A stretch of DNA of 64,000 nucleotides from Mytilus californianus. Taxonomy: Eukaryota. The position numbers and the translations under genes were made by a program. The stretch lies in NCBI RefSeq assembly GCF_021869535.1, contig NW_026262734.1, positions 22,258,001-22,322,000 of the forward strand. The letters run 5' to 3'. Positions 34,426-45,692 of this stretch are shown one piece after another; within the stretch, counting starts at the first letter, position 1; each line of letters begins with the position of its first letter. The notes beneath the pieces are model-generated. The model saw nothing but the letters and a program-made list of their open reading frames with translations. It was not told where the DNA came from and did not search any database.

Positions 34426-37400
34426 TATATCTTACATTTCATATATTTGTTAAATCAAAGAAAAAATCCTACCTATAATACTGTGTTAACCCGCCAGTTT
34501 AAAAGTTTATATACCTGGGTTGTACATTACTTGTCGATCTAAATTTAGAGGCAACCAAAGGATGTTTTGTAATATTATTACTGTAAATGATTTTACAAAT
34601 AGATATTGTGACGCCTTGGTATAGTATACGTTCTATTTTTTGAGGCGACCTTGTAGGCTTATTTGATTGATTTTTGCTTGACGGCCAGTGACAAATACTT
34701 CTAACACATTCAGGCTATCTTTTGTTAAATATGTTCATTAAAATATTCAAATCACTGTGAAATATATGGATGTAGTTGGCAAAATTCAAAATTCACATGA
34801 ATAAAAACAGTTAAACATTCAAGCAAAAACACCAAAGGGAATCGAAATGCAAACTTGAAAAAGAACGAAACACAATCAAATCAACTAAGTTGAAAAACAA
34901 AGCAAAACCCAAAACAAGCATTATAAAATAACTAAAAAAAAAAAAAAAAAAAAAAAATAACCATGTACACATGGTACATTTTCTTCCCTCATTTACTTCT
35001 TAGTTATCGTAAAATTACTCACTCATTATTTATTCATTTTACACGTTCCCTATAAATTTGCTTTTCGTTTCAATGGATACTCTAGAATATAATTGAAAGT
35101 ACAAGAAATGAGATGTGTTAGATTAAAATATTTGAGCCGCTGGAACAGGTCACTACAAAACGAAAGAAAAAACATAAAGGCTATAATGATAGACAACCAC
35201 TAATGAGTTTCCTGACATTCGATCAATGGAAATATTAGTCTTTTTTGTTAATAAAGATAACTTATGAAAGCCATTCATATGTATGTAAACATAAAAATAT
35301 TTAAAAATCTCAAATTATATCAAATGGTCTTCATCAGCAAAGCAGAGAAGTAAAATTTGAATTGATGTTAAATTGTTGAAAAACATTATGAGTATACATC
35401 ATTGGAACTTTTTTATATACATAGTCCACGTTATTTTATCAAGCTTATGAATTTTGACCCCATGAGTTTAAAAACTCTACAGGATTCACAACACCTCAAT
35501 TTACGAAACATACAATGTAATAAACTAAGATGTTTTTGTGACTTTGTCTGTTATATTTAAATTTGGAATCTCGCTGGATATGAACACGAGATTTTGGGTT
35601 TGAGTCAATGAGACATCAACCCAACGACCCTAAAACAATTTGACATTTCGTTTTTTTTTTTCGTTTTTATTTTTTTAATTTGTCATATGTGAAGAGATCG
35701 AGCAGAGACGCAAACACTAGATTTATAATTGATAATAATTGCTTGCTTGCATGGGAGTTATCTTTTCCTTCAAATTTTGGAGCATGTATTATTTCTCTTC
35801 AAAGTATCAATGTACATAATAATAAGAACTAGGGGTAGATGTGGGCGATAGCTATAATGCAGCTAATTCAAAGAGAGGCGAAAGATACCAAAGGGATATT
35901 CAAACTCATAAGTCGAACACAAACATGAAATGCCATGACAAAAAAAAAAAAAAACGAAAAACGACCAAAGGACAAAAAAAAACCCAGCATACAAAACACT
36001 ACATACAAAAACTAAAGACTGAGCAACAAAAACCCCACAATAAACCAGGAATGATGTCAGGGACTCAGAATGGTTAAGCAGTGTTACAATAATGCAACAA
36101 CATAAGAAAATCACGAAATAAAAAAAAGATTACGTTAATGAATAATGTAAATTCAGAAATTATTGCTGGATGAGTATCGCAACAAAATCCTACCTTTTAA
36201 TACTGTGTTAACCAGCCAGTTTAAGCGTTTATATACCTGGATTATACATCACTCGTCGATCTAAACTTAACTCACTTCCGACATGTTTTTGCGGTCTTAG
36301 ATCTTTCGATACTAGTAAAGACGTCTGGTCTCATTACATTGTAACAGGGATTTGACATATTCCTTACAAAAAGAAACTGCTCCAATATAGTAATGAGGAC
36401 GAACGACTGAAATCGACACTACAACGTTTTACGGTCACCATCACGATATATCGGTGACTTAACTCACTTCCGACATGATTTGTGGTCTTAGATCTTTCGA
36501 TACTTGTAAAGACGTCTGGTCTGTTTACCAATTGATTCCTATACCCGATTGTGACATTTTTCTGACTGCGAATTCGCAAGGCGGGTAATACCTACATAGC
36601 AGGAAACGCTTACCCTGTTGGTGCACCCGATATTGCTCCGTTTTGACGTTCATATTATATGATTCTGTTTGTTACCTTCATTTGTCTCTAATCGATTTTA
36701 AACATCGGTTAACTATTTCTGTCGCCTAAATTAATCTTTGTTTTCAATGACTAAATATTTATGTGGAAGTCTACTAACTCTTCTTGTTCATGATTCATTA
36801 CCGGATCTACAAATGTGCAAAAGTACTTTTGATTAATGACTGATAGTACACCAGCCCGGTATCGACCAAGGAATTGCCGAATATTCGGAACAACTTTTCA
36901 GGTTTCTTTTGTTGTTTTTTTTCTTGCTTTTCTGTTTGTTTTGGTTATAAATAATCTATTTCTTTTTGTGTGCTGTTATGATTTGTCTTTCATCGGTTAA
37001 CATTATTAACCGATACTTCTCCCTACTCCTCAAGATATTTTTAGATTCCACAAAGATAATAAAGCATCGTGTAAACTGATTTTATCCTTTTAGATGTTCT
37101 CTTCCTTGTTTAATTAGTAAATCTGTAATTTGATATTATTGAAATGTGTTTTTCTGTTCTGTTGTTCACCAATATTCTTACAATATTATATACCGATTTT
37201 TATCACTACCGCTAAGTTAAAGTTAAACGGAGGACTACAACCAAATTCACTCGCGGATATATTCAACTTATTTATAGTAGCCACAATCCCATTCCATTTT
37301 CATCGATTGATATCACCAATTTCAACGTATTACCATTTTTTTTTATGTCAGCCTGGCGGGTGAAAATATAGTGAGCCGGAACTGTCTTCTCGTACAAAAT

Positions 37401-37745
37401 GACGCAGTTGACACCGGCTTTTGGTGGGGTTCGTATTGCTCTATTTAATTTTGTGTGTATTGTTATGTTGACTGTCTTTTTTTTGCGTTTTTCTCTTGTT
37501 TTTTTTTCTGTTTTTGTACAACCTTTTGTCTTTGATTGCACACTAAGTGACTTCTTCCCCTTTGTTCTACTAACATTGTAAGCAACAAGATTGCATGTAG
37601 GATTCAAGACAGGAAGTTCAAAACTGAATAATGGTTTATTACTTACACAACAACAAGCGAAATCAAATGCAGTTATTCTGTATTATGTTTTACCAAATAA
37701 GAATAAAACAAGATAAGAATTGAGGTACAATGTTAGTACATATTT

Positions 37746-38396
37746 TTATATTTTGGATATAGTGTACAGTTGTTGCCCTTTGATGCCAAAGGATTCTAGC
37801 TTTTCGTCAGCTTTTACATAATCATTTGCTTCCACCCTGAATCCGTCTTTGAACCAAGTCCTCATTTTATCAAAATTAACTGGAATTTCCCAATCCGTAG
37901 CGTCGTCAATAACAGTAAGATTCACACATTTATTTCCCATAAGTGATTTGATGATATCAACATACTTCTCCTGGTCAGTTACGTTGATGGCATTTAGAGC
38001 ACCACTATCCCAAACTGCCCCAAATTTACTTTCAATAGCTGAGTTAAACAGATAGAAATCGCAGCAATACAACCGTATTCTTCCATCATCACTTTTATAT
38101 AATTTCCCTTTGATCTCCGGAATTTCTTTGATACTACATCCAATTTTGTTTTCTTCGAAAAATTCTTTAAGTGCTTCCTCACCACATTCGACGCCGACAA
38201 CTTCATGTCCTTTATCCCAAAGCCATTTCATTTCTACAGCTTTTCCACAAAGGGGGACAAAACATTTAACTTGTTTACGACCGTTTAACATTTTTTCAAC
38301 TTTTTTAGTAAACATATCGCAAAGTTCTGGAATGTGGCTCGTTTTGCCCTCTTTCCAAGCCTTCGCCCACATGTCCACCGTCATGTTTTCTTCCAT
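37746..38396 (-). CDS. TPMT: TPMT-like copy 5 (216 aa from ATG at 38396)
   Basis: FVPLCGKAVEMKWLWDKGHEVVGVE and VWDSGALNAI; the 28 extra N-terminal residues in the ORF track lie upstream of acceptor ttcttttaag|GTTAAAATG and are probably intron. Confidence 0.92.
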   Translation of the reverse strand: MEENMTVDMWAKAWKEGKTSHIPELCDMFTKKVEKMLNGRKQVKCFVPLCGKAVEMKWLWDKGHEVVGVECGEEALKEFFEENKIGCSIKEIPEIKGKLYKSDDGRIRLYCCDFYLFNSAIESKFGAVWDSGALNAINVTDQEKYVDIIKSLMGNKCVNLTVIDDATDWEIPVNFDKMRTWFKDGFRVEANDYVKADEKLESFGIKGQQLYTISKI

Positions 38397-38799
38397 TTTA
38401 ACCTTAAAAGAAAAACATTGTAATAACAAAATTCCAAAATTATAAATCAACATCTTATTAGAAATGATTAAAAAATACATATGTTATAGGGTTGTCCTTG
38501 TACACAATAGTTTAAAATTTGGAAAGGAACATTGCTAGTCTTAAACAGTTATTTTCATGTTTAATCTTCACCAAGAAAGCTCAAATAAATAAAGGCAAAT
38601 TTACACACTTAAACATGTGAGGAAGATATATGACCAAAAAGATAATCAAGTTCATCTGTCAATCTTCCATGAGTACGTTATCACCCTTGTTTCTGATTTA
38701 TATGACAATTCATCAACGGACAATTAAGGAAGGATATGTTATAAAACAGAGGATGAAGATACTAAAGATAAATGTATAACTGATAAGTCGAGGAAAATC

Positions 38800-39140
38800 T
38801 GACTGCGCAATTGCAAATAACGTAATACGTCGAAAAGACGATTAGGTCCACAAATTATTACACAGAAACTTAAGTCTGAGCAACATAACCCCGACTTAAA
38901 CCCGAGATTAGAACTCAGGTGCTCAGGAATGGTAAGCATCTCCTGTTCAACAAGTGGCAGCCAAAATGTTGCTCACGCAAGTATAAATCCTGTGATAGTC
39001 CTCATGCCATGATGTTTCAATAGAAGAAATGAGGACGGAATTGTTGGTTCGATAATTGGAACATGGCCGTTGTCCTTTGTGGCATAGATATTCCATAACG
39101 GCCAACCACACAGTGATGGCATCCGTACAACTTTCGATGG
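38800..39140 (-). mobile_element. 3' end relic of a Penelope-like retroelement family; related relics at ~12705-12880, ~35865-36085 and ~46705-46905
   Basis: gttggccgttatggaatatct...caggagatgcttaccattcctgagcacctgagttc...ggggttatgttgctcagacttaagtttctgtg resembles recalled bivalve RT-element 3' tails. Confidence 0.55.
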
Positions 39141-42100
39141 AATTACTTCAACTTTACCACTTAGAACCCTTAGTTTAATAGCTTCCTCGTAAGGAGCACC
39201 CTCTATCACCGAAATCATGATAGGGCACGCAAGCTCTGGAAAATCGTACCACAAACCAGATAAATCCTCTATTTGATGGCGCTGTCGAAATTTTGCTACT
39301 TAGGAAGGGTAAGTTCACAATTTAAAAGCTAAAATCACCCCTTTTATCGTAAGGGCGTTCTTCTCAACCGAACTTCATTGTTAATTTCAAGATTTCAGTC
39401 AAGATGTTAGGCAGACATAACCGTATATATCGGATCCTTTATTTCAAGTTTGATAAAATATGTCAGTACATCCTTGGCTTTTTAATGTTTTAGTTTGAGC
39501 GTTCATGATGAAGGTAAATCCTAAAACGGTGTTCCGACGTGCGAAATATACAAAATGTTTTTTTTATTCAATTCAGCACCATTGATAAAAAAAACCGTAT
39601 GATCATTATTTTACATTCGGCACATCTCTTCAGATTAGAGGTAGAATCACGTAACCTTTGAGGTTTTCCAAAGAGAAATTGACAACGCCATGGAAAGACG
39701 ATAGGAGAAGCAACTTCCATAAAACTCTATATAAAAAAATATAAAGAAAGAGCAACACTACAAATAAAACAGATTAAAAAAACACACAATTTTACCGGTT
39801 TGAATAGAGGTCAATACACTAGATGTTGAAACAGCCAATTGCTAATATTTACAAATTAACATATATTCATGCTGTGTTTTCATTAAATTCTTGGTCGTTT
39901 TTCCTCTCAAAAATTTCCCGCGTTTCTAACTTAGACATTAAAAATTGTAGGACAGTCTCAGGACAGTAACCTTTTCGCTTTACATGCTGTGGTTGCATAT
40001 TTAATCACTCTATTTTGAAAATTAATACGGATATTTATACTTTATTTTAACAATTTGGACACACCTGTTTAGAAAAATAGAATATTTCTTTTATCAATAA
40101 TACACAAACAGGAACAGAATTATATATTGAATATATTAAAACCCCGCGAAGTCACAGGTTTTGTTTACAATAATAATTTATGTTTGTTTATTTATCATCG
40201 AGAAACTGAATTTCAGTAAAGACTAAACACAGATTATTTTAAATAAAACAAAATGCATACCTTTTACAATGTTTTACTCAGTTAAGCAGCCAGTGAAATA
40301 AAGCGTGGCAATACCTGGAGTCAAACAGTATATATATTAATATCACCGAGTGATCTATATTTAGAGGCAACCGAAGGATCTATTGGAATAATATTACTAT
40401 AAATAATTTTACAAAATAGACATTGTGACGTATTGGGAAAAGAATGTGTTCTATATTTTGAGGCATCCAAAGGTTTCTCTCATTGGACTTTTTGATTGAT
40501 CGGGCTGAACGTCCAGTTGCATATATTGAAATATATCTAGCATTAAATAGTTTTACTTAAATATTAAAATAAATGTAAAATAGTGTAAATGAAATGCACA
40601 CGATAAAATTACACACATGTTCAAGATATTCATTTGAATGAAAACAGTTAAACTATTCTTGATCAGATGGAGATAACAGGTAAATGCATGAATCAAGGAC
40701 ATCGACTGAAGGTCAAGGAGGTCATTAGCAAAACAAAATTTCATCCACTAGACAATAAACAAATAAGTATGAACAGAGACATGTATACCCAGGTTGGTAC
40801 AGCAAACCCTTCTTATCTAACCAGGGATTCTGTTTTCTGTTTCCTCTTACGGGTTTTCAAGATCTTCTCTATCTTATAAAGTTCATCTTAGAATAAAATA
40901 TATATGTTGTTTTTCAAATTAAGAAAATTTGATAAAATAAAACAATGAAATAAATGATTAAAAACAAGCAAATAATAAAAACAAAACCCTCCGTTAACTT
41001 TCTTTGCATTTGTTACTTCTTGTAGTCATAGAAGTATATTCTGTATTCGCTAATTTTCTATTTCCCAATCTCAATCTACAATATTTGAGACAATATCTGA
41101 AAATGTCTAATTTTTGGCAATAGGATCAACAAAAACATGTCTTTAGAACCGGTATTTTTAATAGCACAAATCGAAGAACAAACATTGAGGATTCAGGAAC
41201 TGTTGTCTGTAATTCAAACAATTGTTAAATGTGGTAACAATGGCAATTTTAAAAATGGTAACAAAAAGTCCAGTTCTTTCTTGTTACCAAAGTGAATCAA
41301 TTTAAAAAAAAGTTTCTTATGGGAATAAAGAATAAGTTTAAGATACAATATCTGGTTTACTAGTATATCCTACAATATTTTATCAAATGCCAATTATTTA
41401 TTTTAGCATTTACAATACAAAAGGTTAAGAAATATACTAAAATATAGTCCGATATGTTGGTAACATGAAAGAATCTTGAGTAACAGGACAGAATTGGTAA
41501 CAGGAAGGAATTATTTTTTCAAAACAATTCTTTTATTTCATAGTTTAAGAAAAATACATCATTACAAACTGGTCACAATTGGAAGATAACAGCAAACAAT
41601 GTCGTTTAGCTTTTAAAACTTTATTTGCAAGATGAAAAATCTGCCTAGAAAATGAAAAATTCTAAAATAAATTCCTTTCTGTCACCATCTACTATACTAG
41701 AATTGCACAATATTCTCTGCTGTTATCAAAACTCAATAACCTGTCTTTTCATTCAAAATACTGTATATTATGTTGAGATTTATTTAATATGATGATAATA
41801 ACTTATATTAAATGCAATGGTTGGCATATAGTAGATTAACTTTGTGTTTCATTAGTGAAATTGTCCTTTAACATCCTTCCTGTTACTGATTATGGCTATG
41901 CTGTTACTTTTTATCAGGTAACATGACAGAACGTAACAGAAAGGAATTACACACTACTTTTTGTCATTTTATTTGAATTGTGTGGAAGTTTACTTCCATC
42001 TACATATCAATTTAATTAGATACTATAAAAACACATTCAATGTTATAGTGCTGACAATCAAATATTCTCAGAAGGTACACAAAAAGGCTGTAAAAGGAGA

Positions 42101-42840
42101 GAACAACACAATTATTTTTCACTAAATTCTTTCCTTGGGTGAGCTCGGATTTTTCAAACTGGCTGCCATTCAAACTATACATGTGGAGGAAATGATGCTC
42201 TTCTCATTGCATTATAAGAAATCAAATCTTGGTTTTTCAAACGTTTCCACAGGTGAAAAAAAAACAGTGGTAACAGGAAGGAAAATTACCCTTTGGGACA
42301 AAATTTATTTTTTCTTAAATTTGCAAAATTTTATTACATGCTTTAGTTATAATAAAAACATACCAGTAAAGGACACGTTTCTTATATGATCTATCATATG
42401 ATATTTGTGAAAATCGGAAGCCTGTTTACTTAATTTGGATATTCTTAGAATGATTTAGTGGGTCAGAAAAACAACACGGGACAACATGATTTTTGAGGGG
42501 GGGGGGGGGGGGGGGGGGGGGGGGTTCAAAATTCAAAGTATTATATTTTATTGGAAGAAATATAAGAAGGAGTGTTTAATTGGCAATAGTTGGTGCAATA
42601 TATACTCTAGTTAATACTGAAATTTAAAATTTTCTAAAAAGATGGTTGAATAAAAAAATAATTGCCGGTGAAAGATGGAACCAGGAAATTAGACTTTTTC
42701 AGATAATGTCTCATTTCAGAAATGAAAAGGACATTATGAATTTTACCAGGTATGAACAAACGAGATGTGGTATGATTAACCCACCATAGGCCAATCAAAT
42801 GACATGGGGATAAATAAGCTTCTATATGCCACTCGGAGAT

Positions 42841-45692
42841 TAGGGAAGGGAATATCCGCCATAATTATACAATTCTTCATATGTAAAATGTAATTTCTTA
42901 ATTTGTAGCATGCAATTTCTTAATTTGTAACATGTACTTTTTCAATCCGTTACATAAATTTCTACATTTCTTGATTTGTGAAATGTAACTTCTTAATTTG
43001 TAAATACAATTTCTTAATTTGTTAACGTATTTTCGTCATTCGTTACATGAATTTCTATATATTTCTTAATTTGTGAAATCTAATTTCTTTGTTTGAGTCA
43101 CAGTTCACAATTCAAATAAAAACAAACGTGTTTGAGTCACGTTTTGAGAGATCGCGTCAGTGTAATTGTTACCGCTGTAAGCCAATGAGAAGTTCCGTTT
43201 TTAAAGAAAAACTACAAGTTACAAATCAACATGTTACAAGTCAAGAAGTTTTACAAGTCTAGAAGTTTTACAAGTCTAGAATGAAATAGTTTCACAATAT
43301 TCCTCACGAGGTCGCTGTAGAGCCATGTCAACTCGTTCCTTCGCCAACTCGTACTCAACATACTCATTTTACTCATTAAAGATTTAAGTTCTTTTATATA
43401 AAATATATAGATTTTATTTTCATATAAGAAATATCTCAGTTAATCATTCGTCTCTAGAAGAAAGTGAGTATATGAAATTGTTTGAACGATAATTTATTTC
43501 ATATACATGTTGAATAATTATAATCACACAATATTCTAATCAGTGATCATTACTCAGTGGTGGGGAAGGGATGGGAAGTTCCGGAGTTTGATCCCCCCTT
43601 TTTGTTTGACTGCTAATGCTTTTGTATGGGGACATATGGTTGGAACACCAATTTCTATTTAATTTGAAAGTGTTGGAACCCCCCCTTTTTAAAATGGTTG
43701 GATTTGCGCCTGATTAATGGACAATAGGCTCGAGCATACACAAATAGATTAGAATTGTTTTAATGAAAAATAAACATAGACGGGTGTATGAATCAAAACT
43801 ACACTTTGAACACCATAATCCATTCAGTTTTACTTATCAATTTTGTTAAAACTAAGATTGGGGGAAAATAAGGGCGAAATGTATGATCTTTCGATTTTAA
43901 TCATGGATCGTATTTGTTATAGTATCTAAATAACTGTATATATGTAAAACTTTTGGACTATGTTTAATTCATGTGCTTGCTTGGTCGCTTCAAAAAGATT
44001 AGATAAGCATTCATTTATAAACTAACTAGGCAAATCTTCTTGAACACATGTTCGACGCAAAAATCGGTAAAAAAAATATCCTATGAAGCTTTTTTCACTG
44101 ATCTTTGCGTTGAACATATGTTCAAGAAGATTTTTCTATTTAGTTTATATATGAAATATAAAAAAAGAAGATGTGGTATGATTGCCAATGAGACAGCTCT
44201 CCACAAGAGACCAAAATGACACAGAAACTAACAACTATAGATCACCGTAAGGCCTTCAACAATGAGCAAAGTCCATACCGCATAGTCAGCTATATATATA
44301 AAAGGCCTCGAAATGAAAAATGTAAAACAATTCAAACGAGAAAACTAACGGCCTAATTTATGTACAAAAAAATGAACGAAAAACAAATATATAACACATC
44401 AACATACGACAACCACTGAATTACAGGCTCCTGACTTGGGACAGGCACATGCTTACAGAATGTGGCGGGGTTAAACATGGTAGCGTGTTCCCAACCCTCC
44501 CCTAACCTGCTGGGACAGTGGTGTAACAGTACAACATAAGAACGACCTATAAAAATCAGTTGAAAAAGGATTAACTCATCAGATGGATACAAATAGAAAT
44601 AAAGCTTTTCGTATCTTTTTGATTGATTGGTTGTGTTTTAACGCCACTTTTAAGCGCCACTTTTAGGCTATTTCGTGGCGGTCAGTTTTTATTGGTGGAG
44701 GAAGCCGGAATACCCGGAGAAAATCACCGACCTTCGATAGGGAAGCTGACAACCTGTATCTTTTTGAAGCGACAAAGTCAGCACAAGAATTAAACATAAT
44801 AAAAATGAATACAATCGTCTAGTAGGTTTAAAGAATCTATGTCAGTTAACATCGTTTCATAAAGAATACAGATATGAAGTCCAAGCAAGATTTCAATGAA
44901 ATCCGGAGACAGCACTTCTTTTGTTCAGCCCACAAACATATAAGAAAATAATCTTTAAGCTATCAATGTTCAATTTTTATTCATTATTAACAGTTCTATT
45001 ACTGGTCGATTTCTTTTTAGAAAGTCCACTTGCGCCCTACCTCTGTCTGCAAGCAGTTAGTAGAGAATTTGCGTTCGGTGAACGAGGGGACGCCCCCTGG
45101 CACTGTCTTGTGCTATTTGGGGTATCACTACACTAAGACCCTTTTTGGTATTGGGTACTAGTTGGTAGAAATACGAGTTGGTAAATATTGGGTACGAGTT
45201 GGCGAAGGTATGAGTTGACATGGCTCCACAGCGACCTCGTGTGGAATATTGTGAAACCATTTCATTCTAGACTTGTAAAACTTCTACACTTGTCAAACTT
45301 CTTGATTTGTAACTTTTTGATTTGTAACTTGTAGTTTTTCTTTCACTGAGAAACGAAACTTCTTATTGGCTGGCAGCGGTAACAAGTACACTGACGCGAT
45401 CTTTAAAACGTAACTCAAAAAAAGTAGCTACATTTCATAAATCATTAAGAAAAGTAGAAATTCATGTAACGAATGAAGAAAATACGTTAACAAATAAGAA
45501 ATTGCATTTACACATTAAAAAGTTAAATTTCACAAATCAAGAAATGTAGAAATTCATGTAACGGATGGAAAAATTACATGTTACAAATTAAGAAATTACA
45601 ATTTACTAATTAAGAAATTGCATGTTACAAATTTAGAAATTGCATTTCACAAATTAAGAATTGTTTAATTATGGCGGATATTCCCTTCCATA
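42841..45692. mobile_element. Foldback-like element with ~500-bp inverted arms (42841-43360 and 45188-45692)
   Basis: Outer ends ggaagggaatatccgccataatt / aattatggcggatattcccttcc; arms stay colinear through short internal ttcttaatttgt repeats to catgtcaactcg; no transposase ORF inside. Confidence 0.8.
44160..44592 (-). repeat. High-copy interspersed repeat ending GGAGAGTTGTCTCATTGGCAATCATACCACATCTTC; other copies near 2108, 19110, 26680, 32915, 47240, 52470 and 56190-56590
   Basis: The same terminal motif appears at least eight times in both orientations; the short ORFs 44353-44592, 56058-56534 and 56077-56394 lie inside it. Confidence 0.85.

Noticed and set aside
18304-38396. Bacterial horizontal origin of the intronless TPMTs
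   Set aside because: The KAVEMKW motif matches animal TPMT better than recalled bacterial KSLDM-type sequences; a phylogeny would settle it.
18407-38445. Recurrent + strand ORFs inside TPMT copies (18407, 18689, 27105, 27384, 37849, 38110)
   Set aside because: Antisense shadows that recur only because the sense CDSs are paralogous.
38397-38480. Hydrophobic N-terminal extension (signal-peptide-like) on TPMT copy 5
   Set aside because: Lies upstream of the splice acceptor conserved in all five copies, so probably intronic.
42497-42524. G28 run (also a G run near 52397-52417) as a regulatory G-quadruplex
   Set aside because: Homopolymers of uncertain length, common in such assemblies, with no supporting context.
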